64,000 nt of DNA, taken from Microcoleus sp. Aus8_D2. GTDB taxonomy: Bacteria; Cyanobacteriota; Cyanobacteriia; Cyanobacteriales; Microcoleaceae. This document shows positions 29,416-38,278 of the stretch, piece after piece; position 1 is the stretch's first letter, and each line of letters opens with the position of its first letter. The stretch covers positions 41,769 to 105,768 of the forward strand of contig NZ_JAUBUN010000017.1 in assembly GCF_036702665.1 (NCBI RefSeq), in the 5' to 3' direction. A program made the translations under genes and the position numbers. The notes below the pieces were generated by a model. It searched no databases. It was not told the origin of the DNA and worked only from the letters and a program-made list of their open reading frames with translations.

Positions 29416-32400
29416 ATGAAATTGATTAAGCGGACGGCTCTTTATTTTCAGGACGGTCGATCGGATAAAGTATACGAAGTCGATTTGTGTCAAACCGGCG
29501 AAAACCTCTACTCGGTCAACTTTCGCTACGGACGGCGGGGCGCCAATCTCCAGGAAGGCACAAAAACCGATACACCAGTGCCCTTGGCCAAAGCTGAAAA
29601 AGTTTTCGACAAGCTAGTCGCGGAAAAGGTAAAGAAAGGCTATCAGGAAGCAGCCAGCGTTGCTGATGTTGCACCCGCGCCAGAACTTCCTCGCGCCGAG
29701 ACGCGCCAACAAGCTATTTTGAACCGTCTTGCCGGCGCTGGCAATCCTAAATGGCCTCTGGAACGGGCTATTTGGCGCGCTGGGGAGCTGAAAATTACCG
29801 AAGCCGGGCCGGGACTGATTAACTTAATCGGTACGGGAGAACCGCTGCGAGACTACTGTATTGCTTGGAGTTTGGGTTGGTGCGGCGGCGAGGGCGCTGT
29901 GGAGGCGCTGACTCGGCTGTATCGGGATGCTGCGACTGCGGAGTTTGTGAGGAGAATTGCTTTTGAAGGATTGCTGAAGTTGGCGGATGAGGAAGCGCGA
30001 TCGCACCTAGAATCGTCCATAATAGAATTGCTACCCCCACAGTTGCGCGAATTAGCTGCAAACGGCAGCGCTGAGGAATTTTCAGCAGCATTGAAAGTTG
30101 AACTCGACACGGAAGATAGCAGTCGTTTTGCGGTTCTCGATCGACTTTACCAGATTGACAGTCAGTTTGTGCGATCGGCATTACTGGATATCTTAAAAAC
30201 TGCACCGCTAAAACCCCATTATTTTAAACAAATCCGCCACATCTTCAAAATGGCGGAATACCGTCGCGACGCCGAAGTATTTGCGATTGTGGCCCGCCGC
30301 TTTGAGGACGAAAAAGCCATGTACCGCAGCAATGCTTGGTATATTAACATTCCTGGTGGCGGGTATCTGACAAAGCAAGACTGGGCGTACAACGAACAAA
30401 CAGGCAAAAATGAATACACTGCAAACAGCAGTTTTCTAGAGGAAATGCAGAGTCCCAATTGCCGAATTGCCTACAGCAGCAGTACGCGCAGCTACTTAAT
30501 TAAAAGGGTGTGGCGCACTCTCAAACAATTAGGCGAAGAAAGCGATGCTGATTATGTAAAAATGGCTGTCAGCATTTTGCTGCAATACGTTGATAGCGAT
30601 GCCGAAGCAGTTTTGCAGATCACTTATTATCAGTGGATTCGCTCTAAGGGGACTAGCGATGCTGATTATCAATGGGATTTCTCTAATTGGAATAAAATCA
30701 GTTATTCATCTGAATGGGATATCTTTGCCGGTTACTTAACATTTAACCGCATTCTCTACGAAAACAGCCCGCGCTATGCTTATTTTACCAATTCGCAAGC
30801 GTGGCGCTGCAGAGAAGGTTACAAACCAGGAGATCCGGAGCCGGAAGTGCGAGAAGAAGCTTTTCCCGAACTTTGGGAACAATATCCCGATGCGCTGTTG
30901 CAATTGTTATTAGCCAGCAACTGCCGCCCGGTGCACCATTTCGCTGTGAAAGCGCTGAAAGCTTGTCCGCAATTTTTAGCTGGGATAGATGCTGACACTG
31001 CAATCAAACTGATTGCTGTACCTTACGAAGTTACAGCCGAACTGGGTTTCAATTTGGCAGTCCAAAACGGATATCATCGATATCCAGCCCACCGCGAAGT
31101 AATTCTAGGGCTGGTTAACTGCATATTTGTGCCAGCGAGAACCCAAGCTTTTGACTGGATTGACGAACAGCGCGATCGCATTTTATCAGATACAGAATTA
31201 ATTGTTACTCTAGTAACCAGCTTGTACGCAGACACCAGGCAATTTGCCCGCAGGTTGCTCAACTCATCAATTCTCAGCCCTGCAACCGTCAGGCTACTAA
31301 TTGGCAAACTGATAGCCCATTTATTAACATTTCAACCAACAGAATTCATTCCGACTCATACCTCAATTGTAGCCAAAGACATCGCCGATACGCTCCTGCT
31401 CAACTTTACCCCACAACTGCGGAGTTTGGGATTGGGAGTTATCCTGGATTTGCTGCGGCATCCGGTGCCGGAAGTTCAGGAATTGGGGGCGAGAATTTTG
31501 CTGAATCACGAAATCGGTGCGGCTGATTTGCCGTCTGAATTAATCGAATCGCTAATTGCGTCGCCCTACGAACAAATTCGAAGAATTGGCATCAGGTTAT
31601 TCGGTCAATTACCGGACGAATCGCTAACAAGTTCTCAGACAAGTTTGATAGTAGGAATGGCAGTCAATGCTTTGGCCGACATCCGCAATTCTATTAAACC
31701 AGTAATTCGGCGTTTGGCCGCCGAATATCCCGAATTTGCAGCGCTGGTTGCTGGGGAATTGATTGATGTGTTGCTGATACCGGAAAGACAGGAAGGAGTA
31801 CACAGTTATTTGCTCGATTTGCTGCGGCAAGATATTCCGGGGTGGATGTCGGCGATGGATAAGGACAAGACTTGGCTGCTGCTGAAAGCTAAGTCTGCTG
31901 TCGCGCAGGAATTAGGCGGATTTGTGCTGGTGAAAAATAGCACGAATTGGGCGGCGGAGTTTGATACAATTGAGATTGTCAAGCTGGCGAGTCACGAGAT
32001 TTTTTCGGTGCGAGAATCTGCGAGACAAATGTTTTTGCAAAAGCTAGATGCGATTCGCGCCAATTCTCAAGAAATGCTGTCAGCCGTGCGGCTGCTGGAG
32101 GCAAAATGGGATGATTCGCGGGAATTTGCCGCCAGGATTTTTCGCACGGAATTGACTGAGGCAGATTGGACTCCGGAAATTATGGTTAGTCTTTGCGACA
32201 GCATTCGGGAAGATGTGCGGCAATTCGGCAGAGATTTGGTAATTCGCTATTTTCAGGATGAGTCCGGACACGATTATTTGCTGAAGTTTAGCGAGCATCC
32301 GTCGGCGGATATGCAGTTGTTTGCTACTAATTATTTGGAGAGTTATGCTGCAAGCAATCCTGAGAAATTGCGGGAATTAGCGCCTTTTTTGGTCGCGGTT

Positions 32401-32640
32401 TTGTCGCGGGTGAATCAGGGAAGGGTGGCGAAGCGCCGAGTTTTTGCGTTTCTGGATGCGGAGGCGCAAAAGAGTGAGGCGGCGGCCGGGATTGTTGCGG
32501 ATATTTTAACCAGGCAATCGGCTACAATTGCGATCGCAGATAAAGCAGCGGCTATTGAGACTATGCTGAAGATTCGCCGGCGTTATCCTCAGATAGATTT
32601 GCCAATTCAGGTAAAGCCTGTGGTTGAGGTGAGGAGTTGA
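29416..32640 (+). CDS. WGR-domain protein with long HEAT/ARM-like helical repeats and probable DUF4132-type C-terminus (MolR-like), 1074 aa
   Basis: N-terminal WGR: RTALYFQDGRSDKVYEVDLCQTGENLYSVNFRYGRRGANLQEGTK...AEKVFDKLVAEKVKKGYQE. Remainder is alpha-helical repeat. Confidence 0.75.
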   Translation: MKLIKRTALYFQDGRSDKVYEVDLCQTGENLYSVNFRYGRRGANLQEGTKTDTPVPLAKAEKVFDKLVAEKVKKGYQEAASVADVAPAPELPRAETRQQAILNRLAGAGNPKWPLERAIWRAGELKITEAGPGLINLIGTGEPLRDYCIAWSLGWCGGEGAVEALTRLYRDAATAEFVRRIAFEGLLKLADEEARSHLESSIIELLPPQLRELAANGSAEEFSAALKVELDTEDSSRFAVLDRLYQIDSQFVRSALLDILKTAPLKPHYFKQIRHIFKMAEYRRDAEVFAIVARRFEDEKAMYRSNAWYINIPGGGYLTKQDWAYNEQTGKNEYTANSSFLEEMQSPNCRIAYSSSTRSYLIKRVWRTLKQLGEESDADYVKMAVSILLQYVDSDAEAVLQITYYQWIRSKGTSDADYQWDFSNWNKISYSSEWDIFAGYLTFNRILYENSPRYAYFTNSQAWRCREGYKPGDPEPEVREEAFPELWEQYPDALLQLLLASNCRPVHHFAVKALKACPQFLAGIDADTAIKLIAVPYEVTAELGFNLAVQNGYHRYPAHREVILGLVNCIFVPARTQAFDWIDEQRDRILSDTELIVTLVTSLYADTRQFARRLLNSSILSPATVRLLIGKLIAHLLTFQPTEFIPTHTSIVAKDIADTLLLNFTPQLRSLGLGVILDLLRHPVPEVQELGARILLNHEIGAADLPSELIESLIASPYEQIRRIGIRLFGQLPDESLTSSQTSLIVGMAVNALADIRNSIKPVIRRLAAEYPEFAALVAGELIDVLLIPERQEGVHSYLLDLLRQDIPGWMSAMDKDKTWLLLKAKSAVAQELGGFVLVKNSTNWAAEFDTIEIVKLASHEIFSVRESARQMFLQKLDAIRANSQEMLSAVRLLEAKWDDSREFAARIFRTELTEADWTPEIMVSLCDSIREDVRQFGRDLVIRYFQDESGHDYLLKFSEHPSADMQLFATNYLESYAASNPEKLRELAPFLVAVLSRVNQGRVAKRRVFAFLDAEAQKSEAAAGIVADILTRQSATIAIADKAAAIETMLKIRRRYPQIDLPIQVKPVVEVRS

Positions 32641-32720
32641 TTTTTAGTTAAGATTTGTGGAATTGGGATGTCGGAAAGGGCGATCGATGCTAAATGTAGG
32701 AGGCAGATTTGATAAAGTGT

Positions 32721-32890
32721 TCGTAGTGAGGACTTTAGTCCTCTGAATTTGATGCGGACTGAAGTCCTCACTACGAACTGGATTTTATGCGGACTGAAGT
32801 CCTCACTACGAACCTGAATTTGATGCGGACTGAAGTCCTCACTACGAACCGGATTTGATGCGGACTGAAGTCCTCACTACGAACCTAGTT
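32721..32890. repeat. Tandem array (~4 copies of a ~40-bp unit tgatgcggactgaagtcctcactacgaacc) of the GTAGTGAGGACT hairpin family
   Basis: Read directly. First copy is in opposite orientation (cgtagtgaggactttagtcctc). Array ends 12 bp before the SWIM gene ATG. Confidence 0.85.
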
Positions 32891-32902
32891 GAAAAAAATA
32901 TT

Positions 32903-34546
32903 ATGGAATTTAACTACTCTTACAAAGGAAATACCGAAGTTGCTGAAAGCGGCGGCAGCACGCAAATGTCTTTTTCTCCCGACACCAAACGTCCGCCCAC
33001 TTATTTTATCGGAGAATTGCGTCAAAATGTCGCTTTTCGCGAAGCAATTAGCGCTTTGCACGATGTCGTGGTTTCCGATATGCGCTTCAAACCCAAAGAC
33101 AAAACAGCTTATAAAGAATGGGCAGCCCAACAGCAAGAAATCGATTGGCAATTAATCGCCTGCCGCCAACAAAAAGTTGCCCAAAAAGTTCAGCCGCTGC
33201 AAGCAGAGTTCAACGAGTTAACTCGGCGTCAACACCAACGTCTGGCACCTTTTTATCGCGCCCAACAGCAATACTTTGACTACATTTATCAAAAAGACCG
33301 CGATGCTTGGTTTGTCCTCGATCCGGTGATTACAGTACATCCCGATGAGGTATTTTTCGAGTGTTTCAGTCAGGATGAGTCGAGTTACGGCCGCCTCGGC
33401 GCCAGCTACGAAGTGTTTAAAAATATCAGCGAGTTTGCTTGCGGCACGACTAATATCGACTACTCGGCAGCGCTTTATGATGAATTTCAAAAAATCCGCA
33501 GTTACAAGACTACTTCGCTGCAAGTAGATCCCTCGGGTTTTGAAGTTCAAACGGTGCATGAAGAGACTTTTAAAGAAGTCAAAATAGACTTACCTGACAG
33601 TTGGGTGAGAGGATTTTTGCAAGTTAGTTCGGCGATGTCTTTGCCGGCGGTGCGGTTTGATTTGCACCCGATGGACATCCACAATATTTGTTTTGTTTTG
33701 CGCCGCCACAAGGAGAAACAAGGCCCGCGCAGTATGCGCTACATCCTGAATCCGGGGGAACCGGTGCGGGTGATTTTCGATCCGTGGGGTACGGAAGTTG
33801 TTTGCGCGCGATCGCCCTATACTGGTTCGCAAGCACAGGAAATTCGAGTTTGGGGAAGGCGCCGCCTTCACATTCTCGAAAGACTGATTCCCGTCGCCAA
33901 AAAGTTCACAGTTCACCTGTTAGGAACGGGAATGCCTTCTTTTTACGTCGCCGATTTGGGCGATATGTCATTTACCCTAGGATTGTCGGGATGGAGTGCC
34001 AATGATTGGTCGCAATCCGGTAACTTTGATTTAATGGCCCCGCGCGCCGATGTAGATGCTTGGACGCAGCAATTAATCTTTGATGCACTCAAAGAAAATT
34101 GGGTAGAAACTGCTGACAGTTTGGCCGCCAGACTGAAGTTAAATCGGGCGTCAGTGTTGGGTGCATTGAGTGCCTACACGCAAGCGGGAAGGGCAATTTA
34201 CGATTTGAACAAACAGGTGTACCGAGTGCGGGAATTGAGCCGAGAACCTTTGCCCTTAGAACGTTTGAGATTTGCCAACGAAAGAGAATCAAAAGCAACT
34301 CTTTTCTTGAGTGAAAATGCGGTACAAGTGACCGATTTTACCAGCGATTCTTCCGGTGCATTCACCGTGCGAGGCAGTGTCACAGACCGGGAAAAAACCT
34401 TGAATCCGCACTTGACAATTGATGCCGATGAGCGTATAATTGAGGCAGAATGTACTTGTAATTGGCACCAGCAAAACAAGCTGTACAAAGGCCCTTGCGA
34501 ACACATTTTAGCGCTGCGAATGCAACACGCACGTCAGTGTCAATAA
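32903..34546 (+). CDS. SWIM zinc-finger family protein (547 aa)
   Basis: C-terminal SWIM motif CTCNWHQQNKLYKGPCEHILAL (CxC...CxH). Start moved to ATG 32903 (MEFNYSYKG) because the upstream ORF extension is repeat sequence. Confidence 0.7.
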   Translation: MEFNYSYKGNTEVAESGGSTQMSFSPDTKRPPTYFIGELRQNVAFREAISALHDVVVSDMRFKPKDKTAYKEWAAQQQEIDWQLIACRQQKVAQKVQPLQAEFNELTRRQHQRLAPFYRAQQQYFDYIYQKDRDAWFVLDPVITVHPDEVFFECFSQDESSYGRLGASYEVFKNISEFACGTTNIDYSAALYDEFQKIRSYKTTSLQVDPSGFEVQTVHEETFKEVKIDLPDSWVRGFLQVSSAMSLPAVRFDLHPMDIHNICFVLRRHKEKQGPRSMRYILNPGEPVRVIFDPWGTEVVCARSPYTGSQAQEIRVWGRRRLHILERLIPVAKKFTVHLLGTGMPSFYVADLGDMSFTLGLSGWSANDWSQSGNFDLMAPRADVDAWTQQLIFDALKENWVETADSLAARLKLNRASVLGALSAYTQAGRAIYDLNKQVYRVRELSREPLPLERLRFANERESKATLFLSENAVQVTDFTSDSSGAFTVRGSVTDREKTLNPHLTIDADERIIEAECTCNWHQQNKLYKGPCEHILALRMQHARQCQ

Positions 34547-34820
34547 CTTAATAAATCGCGCGTTTAAATTGGTAAACAGCCTTGCAATCCGGGCGGTGGA
34601 TCGCCGTCCTTGCGCTTAGTCTAGACAAGCATCACTAGCCTGCTCTTGACTGTGCGGGGCTTCGGGTACTGTTGGTATTGCGGTGTGGCTTCTGCGAAGC
34701 CAACGACCCACAGTACCCGGCCCCGCTGGAGTTGAGCAGTCTAGTCCTGAGGGGTTTACGAAGGGGCAACCAGTGGCGGCGCGCGATTTTTTTTTGTTTT
34801 CATGACTTGGCGTGCAGCCC

Positions 34821-34885
34821 AAAGAAACCGGGTTTTTGACCCTTACTGTGGACTACAACGAAGGAGACGCGAAAAACCCGGTTTC
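34821..34885. repeat. MITE-like element, copy A
   Basis: aaagaaaccgggtttttgacccttactgtggactacaacgaaggagacgcgaaaaacccggtttc. Flanks gcgtgcagccc / gcccgtgcgtcc. Confidence 0.65.
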
Positions 34886-34932
34886 TGACCGCCCGTGCGT
34901 CCTGGACTGTGTTTGTTAAGAGGGTTCGAGGG

Positions 34933-35253
34933 ATGATAAATGTAGCAATCAATTGGATGTCAATTCTGGGCTTAGTTGATATAGCTTTGGCGGTGGCTTA
35001 TCTAGTGACAGCTATAGTAAATTCGGGAATGCGATCGCAAATTATCGGCAGTACAGGCATAATACTTTACATCATTCAAGGCATCATGGCTGTTGGGGTG
35101 TTGCCAGTCAGCGGTTTTATTTTATTGTTTCAAGGTTGGCGGCTAGATCCTATTTTGGGATTTCAGCAATTTTTACTTCATGTTTTGTTGATTTTTTTAG
35201 CATTTAAGGATGCTTTTATTTACGGTTTAGTTACTCGACAATCTCGGCGCTGA
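34933..35253 (+). CDS. ycf66: Ycf66-family membrane protein
   Basis: MINVAINWMSILGL... and LLFQGWRLDPILGFQQFLL match the Ycf66_N pattern (MVNFGLNSASILGI...FFQGWRLDPILQFGQFLL) as I recall it. Start at ATG 34933. Confidence 0.55.
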   Translation: MINVAINWMSILGLVDIALAVAYLVTAIVNSGMRSQIIGSTGIILYIIQGIMAVGVLPVSGFILLFQGWRLDPILGFQQFLLHVLLIFLAFKDAFIYGLVTRQSRR

Positions 35254-35432
35254 AATGCTTGGGGATGTCAGAAAAATATTGTTCGCTTATACCAACTATC
35301 AAAAATCATACAACAGTGTTTCATACCCGATAAAACTCGGCGGTTGAAACCGCGTCTATACAAACGAAGTCCGCCTACGCGGACTTAAGAATAACGGGAT
35401 GAATAACCCGGATTTGGTATTACGCATTAAGG

Positions 35433-35500
35433 CCAAAGAAACCGGGTTTTTACCTAATCGGTGGACTACTGCGAAGGATTTTCTCCAAAAACCCGGTTTC
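35433..35500. repeat. MITE-like element, copy B
   Basis: ccaaagaaaccgggtttttacctaatcggtggactactgcgaaggattttctccaaaaacccggtttc. Same internal ggtggactac..gcgaagga as copy A. Confidence 0.65.
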
Positions 35501-35512
35501 TGACTGAATCTA

Positions 35513-35773
35513 TTAGATGCGAAGGTATTTCACAAAAATACTCATCACCTCACCACTTTTAGCAGTTGGTAGTAGAGGGCTCCAGACACCAACCTCAGCG
35601 TAACCGCGCGCGTGGAGTACGTGAATTGTACTCCTGACAGCTTGGGGAGAACCTATCAGCAGATGTTTTAGGGGTTCTTTCTCAGGGTTTGCTGCGTCGG
35701 GAGTTAGCAGAAACGCGGGAAGTTGAGTAACGGCGCTGCTGGAATTGGATAAAAAACTCTGTGTCACAGTCAT
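35513..35773 (-). CDS. Hypothetical protein (86 aa)
   Basis: ORF only. Confidence 0.3.
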   Translation of the reverse strand: MTVTQSFLSNSSSAVTQLPAFLLTPDAANPEKEPLKHLLIGSPQAVRSTIHVLHARGYAEVGVWSPLLPTAKSGEVMSIFVKYLRI

Positions 35774-35849
35774 TAAATGCTTTTCCTAGTTGAGTGCTAC
35801 ATCCAAAAAATACAACACCCAGCCCCTCACAGTCACAAAATTAGTGTAA

Positions 35850-36194
35850 TTATTCACCTATTATTTGAGATTTATTTTTGATTCGTTCCAGTACCTCCTC
35901 CAAAAAATCTTCGTTTTTGCCAGCAACCTCGATCATTTCTCGCAGCGTGTCAGCGTAGGACAAGGTACGCTGGTGGTGGTCTGGCATTTTTTCAAAACCC
36001 GGCCCCCACCGCTTGACGGCATCAATATTGACGCCTAAAACCTTTACCAGAAGCAGGTTGCAACGTGCTTTGTAGCCTCTGGCTTTCTCTTCTTCTTGTG
36101 TGGCGTGGAACCACCGACGGCAAAAATCCCAAGCTTCCATTGACTCACTCAGCCAGCTAAACCATTTGTCGCGTCGCGACGTTCTGCAACGCAA
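35850..36194 (-). CDS. Hypothetical protein (114 aa, or 96 aa from MEAWDF)
   Basis: ORF only. Acidic C-terminal helix. Confidence 0.35.
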   Translation of the reverse strand: MRCRTSRRDKWFSWLSESMEAWDFCRRWFHATQEEEKARGYKARCNLLLVKVLGVNIDAVKRWGPGFEKMPDHHQRTLSYADTLREMIEVAGKNEDFLEEVLERIKNKSQIIGE

Positions 36195-36306
36195 GCAACA
36201 TAGGGGAAAAATTACACTGTTTTAGGATTATGGTATCATCCGATTTGGTGTAATATTTCCCCTAATAGACTATAGCTGACAATTGGGACTCATCCACGAG
36301 TAGCCA

Positions 36307-36370
36307 GAAACCGGGTTTTTTACGAAAATACTTCGCTGCATCCCGCAGATTCGACAAAAAACCCGGTTTC
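36307..36370. repeat. MITE-like element, copy C
   Basis: agaaaccgggttttttacgaaaatacttcgctgcatcccgcagattcgacaaaaaacccggtttc. Confidence 0.65.
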
Positions 36371-36511
36371 TTTTGTCGCAGCGCATAAGTCCGGTTGATA
36401 AAATAAAGCTCAAAAAATAAATCATATTACCTCTCGACATTTTAGAATTAACGTGGCATCATCAAAGTAGTATAGCTGAGATAAACAACCTCATTCAAAA
36501 GCAAGGAGTGT

Positions 36512-36640
36512 TGGTTAAGTCGTCTCAGCGAGATGATGAGTTTATTTCGGCTGGCACAACATTTATTTAAATGTATATATCAACGGGTTTTTAGAACCCC
36601 TAGCCGAAATAAACTCATCATCTCGCTGAGACGCTAACCA
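36512..36640. repeat. Long inverted repeat: ~38-bp arms (ggttaagtcgtctcagcgagatgatgagtttatttcggct / agccgaaataaactcatcatctcgctgagacgctaacc) around a 45-bp AT-rich spacer
   Basis: Arms match as reverse complements with two differences (one base-substitution mismatch plus a 2-nt indel). Intergenic, 150 bp upstream of the NYN gene. Confidence 0.8.
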
Positions 36641-36787
36641 AACAAGGACAAACTAAATTCATCGTTTGTCGTTAGAGGAATCTGTTAAATGGGAAATCTC
36701 ATTTTTGAGCAAGCCCAAAAACAATACTTTGTGCTAGATGGGTAATTTATTGATGCTGTCTGTTCACCCTTTTTTCGGAACGATCCA

Positions 36788-37288
36788 ATGACAGACAATC
36801 ATCGAACCACAGGCAAACAAAAAAGTCAGTCTCAGCCTTTAGTTTCTATTTATTGGGATTATCAGAACATCCCTGATTACAAACGAGCCAAAGATTTATT
36901 ACTCTTTGCTAGTGAACTAGGATATGTAGTCAATCAAAAAGTTTACGACAATTGGAAACAGAGAAATAAGACCACACAAGAAACTTTGAATTATCTAAAT
37001 TTTGAATGTTTTGATGTATCCCTAAACATTAAAAATGCTGTAGACTTTTATTTGTCAATGAACTGCTGTAGCGAGGCTTCAAGGAGTTCATACCCACACA
37101 CATTTATTATTGTGTCTGGAGACGGCTACGGTGAAATTTTGATTCACGAGCTGCAAGACAAGGGGAAGGAGGTAATAATTGTTGCCCGCAAAGGTAATGA
37201 TAGTCACAATCTCAAAAAGCTTGCCGATCGATTTTACTTGATCGATGAATTGCCGAAGTCGATACAGACTTGCAAACAGACCGCCTAA
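36788..37288 (+). CDS. NYN-domain (LabA-like, PIN-fold) putative ribonuclease
   Basis: VSIYWDYQNI (first Asp), TFIIVSGDGYGEIL (DGD motif) and IIVARKGNDSHNL are the characteristic NYN acidic residues. Confidence 0.7.
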   Translation: MTDNHRTTGKQKSQSQPLVSIYWDYQNIPDYKRAKDLLLFASELGYVVNQKVYDNWKQRNKTTQETLNYLNFECFDVSLNIKNAVDFYLSMNCCSEASRSSYPHTFIIVSGDGYGEILIHELQDKGKEVIIVARKGNDSHNLKKLADRFYLIDELPKSIQTCKQTA

Positions 37289-37470
37289 ATTTGTGTAGAT
37301 TTACCTCGCCGCAGATAGCAAAAATCCAGTTTATTTGATAAACTAGATTCTCCAAACCAACCGCTGTCTGCGGCCCTTTCATGTCCGTCAACATCATTAC
37401 ACTAAACTCCAAAAGCAGTAACAATTACCAAGTTTTCATGCAATTAACTAATCCAACAAAAGAGATACAA

Positions 37471-38154
37471 ATGACCCTTCCCGAATTCAACAATGACAAA
37501 CTGCTGCGCCAAGCGCTCACCCACCGTTCGTACGTCAATGAAAACCCCACATTGCGCGAAGAAGACAACGAACGCTTAGAATTTCTCGGCGATGCTTTGC
37601 TGACTTTTCTCAGCGGTGAATATCTCTACCAGCGCCATCCTGAAATGGGAGAAGACCAACTTACTCGGCGGCGTTCTGCATTGGTAGATGAAAAACAATT
37701 AGCCAGATTTGCTACTGAAATAGATTTGGACTTAAAAATGCGACTCGGAAAAGGAGCTTATCGAGAAGGTGGGATTACCAATCCAAATTTGCTCAGTAGC
37801 ACTTTTGAAGCGTTCATTGGTGCTTACTATCTCGATACGCAAGATATGGACAAAGTTCGCGGTTTTGTGTGGAAACTGTTTGACTCGGTTCCCGAAAATG
37901 TTGTGGAAACTCGATCGACTGTAGACTCGAAAAACCGCTTTCAGGAATGGGTACAGACCAACGGCGAAACGACTCCGCCCAAATACGGGACTGTTCAGGT
38001 ACAAGGAACGCCGCCCCACGCACCGGAATTTCTCGCTAAAGTGTATGTTGCAGAGAAACTCTATGGAGAAGGTAAAGGCAAAAGCAAAAAAGATGCGGAA
38101 AAAAATGCAGCCGAAGATGCACTAGCTAGGCTCAAAAAACGCGGTCTGATCTAA
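37471..38154 (+). CDS. rnc: Ribonuclease III (RIIID + dsRBD). Alternative starts at 37381 or 37438.
   Basis: RNase III signature ERLEFLGDALL, catalytic STFEAFIGAYYLD, C-terminal dsRBD (KNRFQEWVQ...GEGKGKSKKDAEKNAAEDALARL). Confidence 0.85.
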   Translation: MTLPEFNNDKLLRQALTHRSYVNENPTLREEDNERLEFLGDALLTFLSGEYLYQRHPEMGEDQLTRRRSALVDEKQLARFATEIDLDLKMRLGKGAYREGGITNPNLLSSTFEAFIGAYYLDTQDMDKVRGFVWKLFDSVPENVVETRSTVDSKNRFQEWVQTNGETTPPKYGTVQVQGTPPHAPEFLAKVYVAEKLYGEGKGKSKKDAEKNAAEDALARLKKRGLI

Positions 38155-38278
38155 ACTGGAAAATAGGGCAACTGCCAAAACGGTTAGGACGTTCTTAATT
38201 GCACAAACATAACCTGAAGATTCCTTTTTCCTTTACAATTCAAAATCTAAAATCCAAAATCCAAAATCCAAAATCGAT

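Noticed and set aside
29047-29493. 148-aa minus-strand ORF overlapping hli and the WGR gene start
   Set aside because: It overlaps two well-supported genes and a dispersed repeat, and has low-complexity sequence.
3762-32890. CRISPR array candidates (78-bp, 102-bp and 40-bp arrays)
   Set aside because: Units are contiguous with no unique spacers. Unit lengths and internal hairpins are inconsistent with CRISPR repeats. No cas genes in the window.
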